Notes: generated by a model not told the origin, from the letters alone. DNA of 64,000 nucleotides from Lysobacteraceae bacterium (GCA_034376725.1 JAXMJH010000002.1:12541-76540); one strand, 5' to 3'; counted from the first letter of the stretch, positions 1 through 9,985 are shown. Program-made: numbers and translations.

Positions 1-724
1 CCACGTCACCAAGGAGGGCGGCATCGCCGGCCCGCGTGTGCTGGAGCACATGGTGGACGCGGTGCTGTATTTCGAAGGCGAATCCGGCAGCCGGTTCCGG
101 GTGCTGCGGGCGTTCAAGAACCGCTTCGGCGCGGTCAACGAGCTGGGCGTGTTCGCGATGACCGACAAGGGACTCAAGGAGGTTCCCAACCCATCGGCGA
201 TCTTCCTGTCCGGCAGCGCCGAACCCCAGCCCGGCAGTGCCGTGATGGTGACCCGCGAAGGCACCCGCCCGCTGCTGGTCGAAGTGCAGGCGCTGGTCGA
301 CCAGAGCCCGCTGGCCAATCCGCGTCGGGTGGCGCTGGGTCTGGAGCAGAATCGCCTGGCCATGCTGCTGGCCGTGCTGCACCGGCACGGCGGCGTCGGG
401 GTGTTCGATCAGGACGTGTTCGTCAACGTGGTCGGCGGGATTCGCCTGCAGGAGACGGCGGCCGATCTGCCGGTCCTGCTGGCCGTGCTGTCCAGCCTGC
501 GCAACGCACCACTGGCGGACAAGACCGTGGCCTTCGGCGAAGTGGGACTGTCCGGCGAGATCCGCCCGGTGCCCAACGGCGAGGAGCGCCTGAAGGAAGC
601 GGCCAGCCATGGCTTCAAACGCGCCATCGTGCCCCGCGCCAACGCCCCGAAGACCGGCGGCTACAAGGGCCTGGAAATCATCGCCGTAGAGCGCCTGTCG
701 GAGGCAATGGAGGCGGCCAACTGA
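1..724 (+). CDS. radA: DNA repair protein RadA/Sms, C-terminal part (5' end upstream of window)
   Basis: The frame of track ORF 38..724 stays open to the window edge. Translation VLYFEGESGSRFRVLRAFKNRFGAVNELGVFAMTDKGL plus the C-terminal Lon-protease-like segment (GEVGLSGEIRPV) is typical of RadA. Confidence 0.9.
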   Translation, partial: HVTKEGGIAGPRVLEHMVDAVLYFEGESGSRFRVLRAFKNRFGAVNELGVFAMTDKGLKEVPNPSAIFLSGSAEPQPGSAVMVTREGTRPLLVEVQALVDQSPLANPRRVALGLEQNRLAMLLAVLHRHGGVGVFDQDVFVNVVGGIRLQETAADLPVLLAVLSSLRNAPLADKTVAFGEVGLSGEIRPVPNGEERLKEAASHGFKRAIVPRANAPKTGGYKGLEIIAVERLSEAMEAAN

Positions 725-802
725 TGCGTGGACAATGAGCGGCGCGGCATCGGCGCTTGCAGGGCGAAGACCGTGTGACGGGTACGCATCGGGCAGTTGG
801 TA

Positions 803-2080
803 TCAGTCATTCGCGCCGGCGGAGTCGGCGGTGTACATCCGCACCTTGCGCACCACATTGTCCTGGACTTCCTCGACGGTCATCCGGTATCCCTCGATCT
901 CCAGGCCGGTGCCGGGCAAGGGCAGGGATTCCAGGTGGTTGACGATCAGCCCGCTCAGCGTGTTGGCGTCTTCGGTGGGCAGGTTGAAATCCAGGCGCCG
1001 GTTGAGGCTGTGCACCGCGATGCGCCCGTCGACCAGGATGCTGCCGTCGGGCTGATGTTCGATGCGCCGGGTGTTCTGTTTGGGTTCGGAGGTGAACTCG
1101 CCGACGATTTCCTCAAGGATGTCGGCCAGGGTCACCAGCCCGGCAATATCGCCGTACTCGTCGACCACCAGCGCAAGCCGCCGACGCTGGCGTTGGAACT
1201 CGGCCAGCTGCTGGGTCAGCCGTGCGCCTTCCGGAATGAAGTAGGGCTTGCGCAGTCGTGAGACGACCAGCGCCGGCGTGATCGCGGTGCCGGCGCGCAG
1301 GTCGACCAGATCGCGCAGGTTCAGCACGCCTTCCACCTGATCGATGGTGTCGCGATAGACCACCGCACGACTGAACGGAAACTCTGCCAGCAGCGCCGGC
1401 AGCTCGGCAGGGTCATCGTCCAGGTCGATGCCGACGATCTCATTGCGCGGCACCATGATGTCCTCCACCCGCGCTTCTTCGAGTGCGAGGATATTGAGAA
1501 ACATCTTGCGGTGACTGGCTGGGATCAGGCTGCCGCCGTGTTCGAGCAGGGTGCGCAATTCGTCCTGCGAAATTTCGCCGTCGTCCTTGTCGCTGTCGCG
1601 GTGACCAAACAGGCGAAGCACCACGCCGGCCAGCAGATTGATGACCCAGACCACCGGGTAGGCCACCTTCATCAGCGGCCAGAGCACGAACGATGCGGGC
1701 AGAGCGACCCGCTCGGGCTTGAACGCGGCCAGCGTCTTCGGCGCGACTTCAGCGAAGATCAGCACAACCACCGTCAACACCATCGAGCCGACGAACACGC
1801 CGGCCTCGCCGACCAGGCGCATGAACACCACCGTGGTAATACCGGCGGCCAGGATGTTGACGAAATTGTTGCCGAGCAGGATCAGGCCGATCAGCCGATC
1901 CGGGCGCTCGAGCAGTTTCTGTGCCAGTTGGGCACCGCGCACGCCACTGCGTGCCAGGTGCAGGAGCCGGTAGCGGTTGATGGTCATCAGCGCCGTCTCC
2001 GACCCGGAGAAGAACGCCGACAACATCAGCAAGCCGATGAGGCTGATGACGAGTGTAGTGAGCGGTATGTCGTCCATCAC
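803..2080 (-). CDS. HlyC/CorC (CNNM) family membrane transporter (DUF21 + CBS pair + CorC_HlyC C-terminal domain)
   Basis: 425-aa ORF. The N-terminus FFSGSETALMTINRYRL is the DUF21 signature, followed by a CBS-like region and a CorC-type C-terminus. It lies 12 bp downstream of the YpjD-like gene on the same strand, matching the ffh / ypjD-yfjD arrangement of enterics. Confidence 0.85.
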   Translation of the reverse strand: MMDDIPLTTLVISLIGLLMLSAFFSGSETALMTINRYRLLHLARSGVRGAQLAQKLLERPDRLIGLILLGNNFVNILAAGITTVVFMRLVGEAGVFVGSMVLTVVVLIFAEVAPKTLAAFKPERVALPASFVLWPLMKVAYPVVWVINLLAGVVLRLFGHRDSDKDDGEISQDELRTLLEHGGSLIPASHRKMFLNILALEEARVEDIMVPRNEIVGIDLDDDPAELPALLAEFPFSRAVVYRDTIDQVEGVLNLRDLVDLRAGTAITPALVVSRLRKPYFIPEGARLTQQLAEFQRQRRRLALVVDEYGDIAGLVTLADILEEIVGEFTSEPKQNTRRIEHQPDGSILVDGRIAVHSLNRRLDFNLPTEDANTLSGLIVNHLESLPLPGTGLEIEGYRMTVEEVQDNVVRKVRMYTADSAGAND

Positions 2081-2092
2081 GGGGCGCCGGGC

Positions 2093-2890
2093 CTACAGGC
2101 CTCGGCGCAAAATAATCTCCAGCACGAACTTCGAGCCAAAAAATGCCAGGGCCAGCAGCGCCGTAGCGATGAGTGTCAGCTGCACGGCCCGCCGGCCACG
2201 CCAGCCGAACCGCCAGCGGCCGAACAGCAGGCTGCCAAAGACCAGCCAGGCCATGACCGAAAGCACGGTCTTGTGTACCAAATGCTGGGCCAGCAGATCG
2301 TCGACGAACACCAGGCCGGTTATCAATGCCAGGGTCAACAGGGCGAAGCCGGCTCCGATGCTGCGAAACAGCAGCAGTTCCAACTGGGTCAGCGGCGGCA
2401 GCGCGCGCAGCGCGGCGGTGAAGCGTCGCTGCCTGAGCGCACGCTCCTGAAGCCAGAGCATCACCGCCAGCACGGAGGCCACCGCCAGCGTGGCATAGGC
2501 CAGCAGGGCCAGGACTGCATGCAGACGGATGCCCCAGTCGAGGGATTCCGGCGCCTGACCGGTGCCGACTCCCACCAGCGCATAGGCGATCAGAGTCAGG
2601 GCGGCCAGCGGAAACACCACCACGCCCAACGCCTCAAGGCGCTGCTTCTGCGCGGCGAACACGGTGAGCGCCGCCATGCCCAGGCCAACCATCGAGGCAG
2701 CGGACAGAAAGTGCAGGTCCGGCCCCCCCGAAAGCCGCCAGGAATCGGCATGCAGCGCGAAGTGCAACAGCGCGCCGACGCCGCCGATCAGCAAGCCGGT
2801 CTGTCTTGAGTAATCCGGTATCCAGGCCAGTCGGGCCAGATGGAAGGCGCCGACCAGATAGGCGGTAGCGGCGGCAAGGGCGGTCATCAT
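2093..2890 (-). CDS. cytochrome c assembly (CcsA/YpjD-like) family inner-membrane protein
   Basis: Polytopic membrane protein. I trimmed the start to the ATGATG at 2890. The extra 68 codons of track ORF 2093..3094 are only a Pro-rich read-through of the heptamer repeat. Confidence 0.75.
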   Translation of the reverse strand: MMTALAAATAYLVGAFHLARLAWIPDYSRQTGLLIGGVGALLHFALHADSWRLSGGPDLHFLSAASMVGLGMAALTVFAAQKQRLEALGVVVFPLAALTLIAYALVGVGTGQAPESLDWGIRLHAVLALLAYATLAVASVLAVMLWLQERALRQRRFTAALRALPPLTQLELLLFRSIGAGFALLTLALITGLVFVDDLLAQHLVHKTVLSVMAWLVFGSLLFGRWRFGWRGRRAVQLTLIATALLALAFFGSKFVLEIILRRGL

Positions 2891-2937
2891 CGCGCGCAGT
2901 TTGGCATGGCTTTGTTGCTGGGCCAAGGAGGGAGGGC

Positions 2938-3028
2938 CGGGATTCGGGAATGGGGAATCGGGAATCGGGAATCGGGAATGGGGAATGGGGAATGGGGAAT
3001 GGGGAGGCGGGAGGCGGGGGGCGGGGGG
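2938..3028. repeat. G-rich heptanucleotide microsatellite, about 13 tandem units ([C/G]GGGAAT decaying to CGGGAGG/CGGGGGG)
   Basis: Read directly: CGGGATT, CGGGAAT, GGGGAAT, CGGGAAT x3, GGGGAAT x3, GGGGAGG, CGGGAGG, CGGGGGG x2. G-rich sequence continues to about 3070. It sits in the divergent intergenic region between the YpjD-like gene (start 2890) and ffh (start 3112). Confidence 0.9.
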
Positions 3029-3111
3029 CGGATTGGGCTGGGGTGGTCGGTTGGGGTTGGGTGGGGTGGCCTCGGATATACTTGGCGGTCCCATACCAGA
3101 CTCCGCTTGCC

Positions 3112-4485
3112 ATGTTCGAATCTCTTTCCCAGCGCCTGTCCAGCACCTTCGAGCGCGTCCGCGGCCGCGGGCGGCTGAGCGATGAGAACATTCGCAGCTC
3201 CCTGCGCGAAGTCCGGGTCGCGCTGTTGGAGGCCGATGTGGCGTTGCCGGTGGTGCAGGCGCTGATCGAGCGGATCAAGGTGCGCGCGGTCGGCCAGGAG
3301 GTGTTGAAGAGCCTCACGCCCGGCCAGGCGTTGATCAAGGTGGTGCGCGACGAGTTGGCGGCGGTGATGGGCGCGCACAGCGCCGAGCTCAACCTCAACG
3401 TGCCGGCGCCGGCGGTGATCCTGATGGCCGGCCTTCAGGGCGCCGGCAAGACCACCACCGTTGCCAAGCTGGCCCTGCATCTGAAGAGCCGGCGCAAGAA
3501 GAAAGTGATGGTGGTCAGCTGCGACGTGTATCGCCCGGCGGCCATCGAGCAGCTGAAGACGCTGGCGGCGCAGGTCGAGGTGATCTTTCATCCGTCCCAG
3601 GCCGGCGACAGCCCGGAAGCGATCGCGCGCGGCGCGGTCGATGCCGCGCGGAAGCAATTCGTCGACGTGTTGCTGGTCGATACCGCCGGTCGCCTCGCGG
3701 TCGACGAGGCGATGATGGCCGAGATCAAGGCGCTGCATGCCGCGCTCGATCCGGTCGAGACGCTGTTCGTCGTCGATTCGATGACCGGCCAGGATGCCGC
3801 CAATACCGCCAAGGCGTTTTCCGAAGCCTTGCCGCTGACCGGCGTGGTGCTGACCAAGACCGATGGCGACGCGCGTGGCGGCGCCGCGCTGAGCGTGCGC
3901 TACGTGACCGGCCGTCCGATCAAGTTCATCGGCGTCAGCGAAAAGCCCGACGGGCTGGATGTGTTCCACCCCGACCGGGTGGCCAGCCGCATCCTGGATA
4001 TGGGCGACGTGCTGTCGCTGGTCGAGCAGGTCGAGCAGCAGGTCGATCAGGAGAAGGCCGCCAAGCTCGCGCAGAAAGTGGCCAAGGGCAAGAAATTCGA
4101 TCTCGAGGACATGCGCGACCAGCTCGAGCAGATGCAGAACATGGGCGGCATCGGCGCGCTGATGGACAAGCTGCCGGGCATGGGTAAGGTTCCGGATCAG
4201 CTCAAGAGTCAGGTCGGGGGCAAGGAGGTGCCCAGGATGATCGCCATCATCGGTTCGATGACGCGCAAGGAACGCCGGCATCCGGCCATCCTCAACGGCT
4301 CGCGCCGGGCGCGGATCGCGCGCGGTTCGGGCACCACGCCGGCTGACGTCAACCGGCTGCTGAAGCAGTATCAGCAGATGGAAAAGATGATGGGCAAACT
4401 GTCGCGCGGCGGCATGAAAGGCATGATGCGCGGGATGCAGGGCCTGATGGGCGGTCGTGGCCCCGGCGGGATGCCGATGCGCTGA
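3112..4485 (+). CDS. ffh: signal recognition particle protein Ffh
   Basis: Starts MFESLSQRLSSTFERVRGRGRLSDENI. GTPase motifs GLQGAGKTTT and DTAGR are present, with a Met-rich M domain at the C-terminus. The start was moved from 2950 to the ATG at 3112. Confidence 0.95.
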   Translation: MFESLSQRLSSTFERVRGRGRLSDENIRSSLREVRVALLEADVALPVVQALIERIKVRAVGQEVLKSLTPGQALIKVVRDELAAVMGAHSAELNLNVPAPAVILMAGLQGAGKTTTVAKLALHLKSRRKKKVMVVSCDVYRPAAIEQLKTLAAQVEVIFHPSQAGDSPEAIARGAVDAARKQFVDVLLVDTAGRLAVDEAMMAEIKALHAALDPVETLFVVDSMTGQDAANTAKAFSEALPLTGVVLTKTDGDARGGAALSVRYVTGRPIKFIGVSEKPDGLDVFHPDRVASRILDMGDVLSLVEQVEQQVDQEKAAKLAQKVAKGKKFDLEDMRDQLEQMQNMGGIGALMDKLPGMGKVPDQLKSQVGGKEVPRMIAIIGSMTRKERRHPAILNGSRRARIARGSGTTPADVNRLLKQYQQMEKMMGKLSRGGMKGMMRGMQGLMGGRGPGGMPMR

Positions 4486-4504
4486 GCGCGGCGCAGCAGC
4501 GGCG

Positions 4505-5059
4505 TCAGCCGCCGAGCAGCCCGGTGGCCGGCGCCAGGTAGAGCGACAGCGCCGCCAATGCGCTGCCCACCACGGTTGCCGCCAGCACGTCGCTGGGGTA
4601 GTGCAGGCCCAGTACCACCCGCGAAACCGCCACGCTGGCGGTGAACGGAATCAGCAGCCAGGCCAGGGTCGGATAGTGGGACAGTGCGACCACGGTGAAA
4701 GCCACGGCGTGCAGCGTGTGTCCGGATGGAAAGCTGAATTCGTCAAGCGGCGCCACCAGGGCGCGGATGCGGGCATCGCGGGCACAGGGCCGCGGCCTGC
4801 GGGTCCAGCGCTTGAGCGCTTTGTACAGGATCAGCGCCGTCAAGCCGGTTGCCGCCATGTGGGTCGATGCCGCCAGGCCGGCGAGGCCGTCGGCCAGCAC
4901 GGTCAGCGCCATCAGCGCGTACCAGAACAGCCCGTCGCCCAGCCGACTGACCGCCGCGAAATAACGCCGGACCCGGAGTCGTCGACCCCACAGGTTGGCC
5001 AGCAGGCACCAGGTGTGCTCGCGTTCGACCAGGGAGCGTCCGCTGGCGCGCAGGTTCAT
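4505..5059 (-). CDS. PAP2 superfamily membrane phosphatase
   Basis: Acid-phosphatase motifs KxxxxxxRP (KALKRWTRRPRP), PSGH (FPSGHT) and SRxxxxxHxxxD (SRVVLGLHYPSD) are all present. Confidence 0.8.
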   Translation of the reverse strand: MNLRASGRSLVEREHTWCLLANLWGRRLRVRRYFAAVSRLGDGLFWYALMALTVLADGLAGLAASTHMAATGLTALILYKALKRWTRRPRPCARDARIRALVAPLDEFSFPSGHTLHAVAFTVVALSHYPTLAWLLIPFTASVAVSRVVLGLHYPSDVLAATVVGSALAALSLYLAPATGLLGG

Positions 5060-6207
5060 GCCGCTGCTCCCTGCAATCTGGATGACGCGCCGGCCAGTTC
5101 GGTCAGCAGGGCGGCGAAGTGTTCGGTCACCGAGTCCGGGCTCAGTTCAGAGACCGCTTGGCGTGCCGCCTCGCCCATGCGTCGCCGGGCCTGCCGATCG
5201 TCGGCAATGAGACACGAACGGTGGACGAAACCATCCTCGTCGTCGAGCGCCAGGGCCGCGCCGTGCAGGCCATCGCGCAGATGCTCGCGCGCGGCGCCGT
5301 AGTCGAAGGCAATCACCGGCAGGCCGCTGGCCATCGCCTCCAGTGTGACATTGCCAAAGGTTTCGCTGGTGCTGGGAAACACGAACAGATCGCCGCTGGC
5401 GAAGTGCCGGGCCAGATCCTCGCCGCGCTTGACTCCGAGGAACAGAAAATCCGGGTTGGCCTCGGCCAGGGCGGTTCGATCCGGGCCGTCGCCGACCCAG
5501 ACGAAGCGGGCATCGGGTTGGCTGCGCTGAATGGCGCGGAAGGTCCGAACCGCCAGCGGAAGGTTTTTCTCCGGCGCAATCCGGCCGACGTGAATGACAG
5601 CCAGTTGGTCTTCGCCCAGACCCCATTCGCGGCGCAGCGCCTCGTCCCGGCGCATCGGGTCGAACAGCTGCGTATCGACTGCGCGTTTCAGCAGATCGAC
5701 CTGCCGGAAGCCGCTCTTTCGCAGAAATCTGGCCAGCTCCTGGGTCGGCACCAGGGTGGTCAGCGCGCGATTGTGGAAATGCCGCATCCAGGCGAACACC
5801 GCCGGTCTGAGAAACTCACCCGCGTAGCGCCCGGCGTAGTCGTCGAACCGGGTGTGCAGTCCGGTACAGACCGGGATGCCCAGCCGCCGCGCCGAGCGAA
5901 CCGCCGACCATCCGAGCGGCCCCTCGGTCGCCACGTAGACGGCATCCGGGCGCTGCCTGTGCCAGAGCGCTGCAAGCCTGCGTCCGGCCGGCAGGCCGAA
6001 GCGCAGGCCGGGGTAGCGCGGCACCGGCAGGCCGCTCACCCGCACGATGCCATCGAGCTGCGCGCCATTCGCTTCGCCATCCTGCTGCGGCCGGATCAGA
6101 GTGATCTCATGACCCAGCCGGCGCAGTCCGGTCTCCAGCGAGTGCACGGTCAGTGCGACGCCATTGACCTCAGGCGGATAGGTTTCTGTGACAAGTGCGA
6201 ATCGCAT
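5056..6207 (-). CDS. glycosyltransferase family 4 (GT-B fold)
   Basis: Start trimmed to MRFALVTETYPPEVNGVA (ATG at 6207). An EX7E-type motif (FPSTSETFGNVTLEAMASGLPVIA) is present. Its stop overlaps the PAP2 start in an ATGA. Confidence 0.8.
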   Translation of the reverse strand: MRFALVTETYPPEVNGVALTVHSLETGLRRLGHEITLIRPQQDGEANGAQLDGIVRVSGLPVPRYPGLRFGLPAGRRLAALWHRQRPDAVYVATEGPLGWSAVRSARRLGIPVCTGLHTRFDDYAGRYAGEFLRPAVFAWMRHFHNRALTTLVPTQELARFLRKSGFRQVDLLKRAVDTQLFDPMRRDEALRREWGLGEDQLAVIHVGRIAPEKNLPLAVRTFRAIQRSQPDARFVWVGDGPDRTALAEANPDFLFLGVKRGEDLARHFASGDLFVFPSTSETFGNVTLEAMASGLPVIAFDYGAAREHLRDGLHGAALALDDEDGFVHRSCLIADDRQARRRMGEAARQAVSELSPDSVTEHFAALLTELAGASSRLQGAAA

Positions 6208-6311
6208 GCGCGGCGTAGTCTCGACCGTGGCCTGATCACATGCTGGGCGGGAAACATGTGCCGGCCATGACCGGTCGACGACAGTTCGGTGACAGTGCGG
6301 CGCGCGTTGGC

Positions 6312-7826
6312 TCAGCCGGGATCGATGCTCAGCGTCAGGCCGGCGTCGGCCAGATAGGCCACCTCGGTTTCCAGATCCGCTCCGGTGAGGCGGTGCGACT
6401 CGAGCCACTTTCGCGGCAGCCGCAGGCGAAGCTCCAGGCCATCGGCTTCGAGCGAGAGATCGGGCAATCCAGCCGGGTCGTGACTGCGGTGCAGCAGCAC
6501 GGCCAGACGCAATGGCACCAGGCACAGCAACGCCGGGCCGGACAGCCGCTCGGGCAAGACCTGGAGCACACCGACCGCAACCGATCGGCGCTGGCTGCGG
6601 ACGAGTGCCGCCAGCAGTTGCTGCTCCTGACGCGAGAAGCCGGCGATGTCGGAGTGCTCGATCACGTAGGCACCGTGCTGGTGGTACTGACTGTGTGCGA
6701 TTGCCAGACCGATTTCATGGATACGGCAGGCCCAGGCCAGCATGCGGCGCATGTCCTCGCCGAGGCCCCACTCGGTTTCGATTTGATCGAACAGGCGCAA
6801 TGCGGTTGCTTCGACCCGTTCGGCCTGCGCAACGTCGGCACCGTAGCGCAGCGCCAGCGCGCGGATCGATGCGTTGCGCGGGTCCTGGTCTGTCGCCCTG
6901 CCGACCATGTCGTAGAGCACGCCTTCGCGCATGGCATTCTTACTGACATGCAGCTGGCGTAATTTCAGTTCGTTGAACGCCGCCTCCAGAATCAGCAAAC
7001 CGCCCGCGAATACCGGACGACGCTCGGCGGACAGGCCGGGAAGGGCGATGTCGTCGATCCGCCCGAAACTCAGCAGACGAGTGCGGATCTCGGCAACCGC
7101 CTCAGCTGTTACGGTGCCCTTGCCCAGCCGCATCGCACTGGACACCTGGCCGATCGCCTTGATGGTGCCCGACGCGCCGAGCGCCTGCTGCCATCCGCGC
7201 TGCCGGTAGGCCGCGGCAAACTGCTGGAACTCGGCGGAAACTTCGGTAAGCGCATCGTGCCAACGCTTCCTGCCGAGCTTCCCATTGCGGAAAAAACGCC
7301 GGGTAGTGGCTACGCATCCCACCTGCAGCGACTCGCGCTCGATGGTCTCGAAACCCTCGCCGATGATGAACTCGGTCGAACCGCCGCCGATGTCCATCAC
7401 CAGACGCCGTCCGTCGCCGGGCGGCGTGGCGTGGGCGACGCCGAGATAGATGAGACGGGCCTCCTCGCGGCCCGACACCACCTCGATGCCGTGACCCAGG
7501 GCGGTTTCGGCCGGAATGAGAAAGGATTGCGGGTGGGCCAGCTGGCGCACCGAATTGGTGGCGATCGCTCGTACCCGACCCATCGGCAGCGCCCGCAGGC
7601 GTTGCCCGAAGCGCGACAGAGTGTCCAGCGCGCGCTGCATGACCGCAGCGTCCAGCCCGCCTCGGCCGTTGAGGCCTTCGGCCATGCGCACGGTCTCGCG
7701 CAGGCGGTCGACGACGCGGATCTGACCCAGAACATACTGGGCGACGACCATGTGGTAGCTGTTGGAGCCCAGATCGACGGCGGCCAGCAGATCGCCATCG
7801 AGCAACTTTCTGCCGCTTCCGGGCAT
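6312..7826 (-). CDS. ppx: exopolyphosphatase (Ppx/GppA family)
   Basis: Start trimmed to the ATG at 7826, 3 nt after the ppk stop. The N-terminus AAVDLGSNSYHMVV and DIGGGSTEF are the Ppx/GppA ASKHA-fold motifs. Confidence 0.9.
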   Translation of the reverse strand: MPGSGRKLLDGDLLAAVDLGSNSYHMVVAQYVLGQIRVVDRLRETVRMAEGLNGRGGLDAAVMQRALDTLSRFGQRLRALPMGRVRAIATNSVRQLAHPQSFLIPAETALGHGIEVVSGREEARLIYLGVAHATPPGDGRRLVMDIGGGSTEFIIGEGFETIERESLQVGCVATTRRFFRNGKLGRKRWHDALTEVSAEFQQFAAAYRQRGWQQALGASGTIKAIGQVSSAMRLGKGTVTAEAVAEIRTRLLSFGRIDDIALPGLSAERRPVFAGGLLILEAAFNELKLRQLHVSKNAMREGVLYDMVGRATDQDPRNASIRALALRYGADVAQAERVEATALRLFDQIETEWGLGEDMRRMLAWACRIHEIGLAIAHSQYHQHGAYVIEHSDIAGFSRQEQQLLAALVRSQRRSVAVGVLQVLPERLSGPALLCLVPLRLAVLLHRSHDPAGLPDLSLEADGLELRLRLPRKWLESHRLTGADLETEVAYLADAGLTLSIDPG

Positions 7827-7828
7827 GG

Positions 7829-9946
7829 TCAGATATCTCTGTGCCGGGCCAGCAGCGAGGCCTGGGCGCAGTGCGGCATCTCGTCGTCGCCCGGTTCGAT
7901 GCGGGTGTATTCGCCGTCGGCGTGCAGTGCCCAGGCCTCGGTGTTGTCGGCCAGATAGGTTTCGAGTTCTTCGTGATACACCCGCCGGGCGAGTTCCCGA
8001 TCGCGAATCGGAAAGCACACCTCGACCCGGCGCAGCAGGTTGCGCTCCAGCCAGTCGGCGCTGGCGCAATAGATTTCCGGGTCGCCGGCATTGGCAAACC
8101 AGTACACCCGGCTGTGTTCGAGGAATCGCCCGACGATCGAGCGCACCCGGATGTTTTCCGAAACGCCGGGTACGCCGGGCCTGAGACAGCAGGCGCCGCG
8201 CACGATCAGATCGATCTGCACGCCGGCCTGCGAGGCGGCATACAGCGCCTGCATGATGGTGGGCTCGTTGATCGCGTTGATCTTGACGATCAGTCGGCCG
8301 CCGGCACCGGAGCGGGCGTGGCGCGCCTCGCGCTGGATCTTGTCGATGAGACTGGAGTGCAGGGTGAATGGCGATTGCAGCAGCTGTTTCAGGCTGATCA
8401 GCGGAGCCAGGCCAGAGAGCTGCTGAAACACTTGGTGGACGTCATCGCTGATGTCCTCGCGTGCGGTCAACAAGCCGATGTCGGTGTAGGCCCGTGATGT
8501 GCCGGCGTGGTAGTTGCCGGTGCCCAGGTGCACGTAGCGGCGAAGCTTGCGGCCCTCGCGGCGGACGATCAGCAGCATCTTGGCGTGGGTCTTGTAGCCG
8601 ACTACGCCATAAACCACCTGCACGCCGGCTTCCTGCAGCCGGTCGGCCAGGCGGATGTTGGTTTCCTCATCGAATCGCGCGCGCAGCTCGACCACTACGG
8701 TGACATCCTTGCCGGCCTGCGCGGCGCGGATCAGGTGTTCGACCAGGGTGGCGTCGCTGCCGGTGCGATACAGGGTTTGTTTGATTGCCAGAACGTCCGG
8801 GTCGTCGGCTGCCTGTTCGACCAGGTCGAGTACGGCGCTGAACGCATCGAACGGCTGATGCAGCAGGATGTCGCGCTCGCGCAGCGTCGCGAACATCTGC
8901 TCGCTGTCGTTGCCGAGGGTGCGCGGCCGAAAGGGCGGGTACTTAAGCTCCGGGCGGTCGACCAGATCGTAGACCTGGCTGGCCCGGTTCAGATTGACCG
9001 GACCGTTGATCCGGTACACGGCGGTTTCGGGCAGGTCGAAATTCTTCAGCAATATCTTGACGATGTTGCGCGGGCAGTGATGCGCGATCTCCAGCCGGAT
9101 GGCGCGTCGGAAGCCGCGCCCGGCCAACTCGTCCTTGAGCGCATGGGCGAGGTTTTCCACTTCTTCCTCGTCGACGAACAGCTCGGAGTTGCGGGTGACG
9201 CGGAATTGGTAGACGCCCTTGACCTTCATGCCGGGAAACATTTCCGCGACGAAGGCCGACAGCACCGCCGAGAGAAACACGAAGTGATCGCCGTCTCCGG
9301 TCACCTCGCCGGGCACCCGGATGATCCGCGGCAGCGAGCGCGGTGCGCGCACGATGGCCATGTGGCCGGCGCGGCCGAAGGCGTCCTTGCCGCTGAGCAC
9401 CACGACGATATTCAGCGATTTGTTGAGAATCCGTGGAAACGGATGGGCCGGGTCGAGGCCCATCGGCGAGAGCACCGGCGCAATCTCTTCGCGGAAGTAG
9501 GCACGCAGCCAGCGTCTGAGGCGTGCGTTCCATGCTTCGCGCGGCAGTATCTGGATGCCGGCCTGTTCCAGCGCCGGGCGCAGCACGTCATTCCATTCGC
9601 GGTACTGGTCTTCGACCAGGTCGCCCGCCTTGTCGTAGATCCGCTTGAGGATGGTCGCCGCACCCAGGCCGTCGGCTGCCGGTGCGCCACCATATTTGAG
9701 CTGGCTGCGGATGGCGGGTACCCGGACCTCGAAGAATTCATCGAGGTTGGTGCAGCTGATACAGAGAAAGCGCAGCCGTTCCAACAAGGGAACGCGCGGA
9801 TCCTGTGCCTGGGCCAATACCCGGCGATTGAAGGCGATCTGGGAAATTTCCCGGTTCAGATACAGCGCCGGATCGGAAAGCGCGCGCGCGGGCTGTTCGG
9901 TCGGTCCGTCGCCGGCAGTTTCGGATTTTTTGGTGGGTGTGGGCAC
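7829..9946 (-). CDS. ppk: polyphosphate kinase 1
   Basis: 705 aa. LYLNREISQIAFNRRVL and VGYKTHAKMLLIVRRE (phosphohistidine region) are PPK1 hallmarks. Confidence 0.95.
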   Translation of the reverse strand: MPTPTKKSETAGDGPTEQPARALSDPALYLNREISQIAFNRRVLAQAQDPRVPLLERLRFLCISCTNLDEFFEVRVPAIRSQLKYGGAPAADGLGAATILKRIYDKAGDLVEDQYREWNDVLRPALEQAGIQILPREAWNARLRRWLRAYFREEIAPVLSPMGLDPAHPFPRILNKSLNIVVVLSGKDAFGRAGHMAIVRAPRSLPRIIRVPGEVTGDGDHFVFLSAVLSAFVAEMFPGMKVKGVYQFRVTRNSELFVDEEEVENLAHALKDELAGRGFRRAIRLEIAHHCPRNIVKILLKNFDLPETAVYRINGPVNLNRASQVYDLVDRPELKYPPFRPRTLGNDSEQMFATLRERDILLHQPFDAFSAVLDLVEQAADDPDVLAIKQTLYRTGSDATLVEHLIRAAQAGKDVTVVVELRARFDEETNIRLADRLQEAGVQVVYGVVGYKTHAKMLLIVRREGRKLRRYVHLGTGNYHAGTSRAYTDIGLLTAREDISDDVHQVFQQLSGLAPLISLKQLLQSPFTLHSSLIDKIQREARHARSGAGGRLIVKINAINEPTIMQALYAASQAGVQIDLIVRGACCLRPGVPGVSENIRVRSIVGRFLEHSRVYWFANAGDPEIYCASADWLERNLLRRVEVCFPIRDRELARRVYHEELETYLADNTEAWALHADGEYTRIEPGDDEMPHCAQASLLARHRDI

Positions 9947-9985
9947 GGCGACAGATTACCGCAGCCGGTTGCATGGCGCCGGCAT

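Noticed and set aside
1511-2809. 432-aa His/Gln/Arg-rich ORF on the plus strand
   Set aside because: It is entirely antisense to the well-supported CNNM transporter and YpjD-like genes. It has low-complexity composition and no family resemblance, and is a typical stop-poor antisense frame of GC-rich DNA.
2938-3028. Possible CRISPR array (also considered for the 12-mer repeat at 31961..31996)
   Set aside because: The units are 7 and 12 bp with no unique spacers between them, and there are no cas genes in the window. These are simple tandem repeats.
2634-3398. Pro-rich (PFPIPHS...) and Gly/Trp-rich (GNGEWGMGNGE...) ORFs and N-terminal extensions of the ffh and ypjD-like ORFs
   Set aside because: All are translations of the heptamer microsatellite in different frames. 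ffh and the YpjD-like protein have conventional starts at 3112 and 2890.
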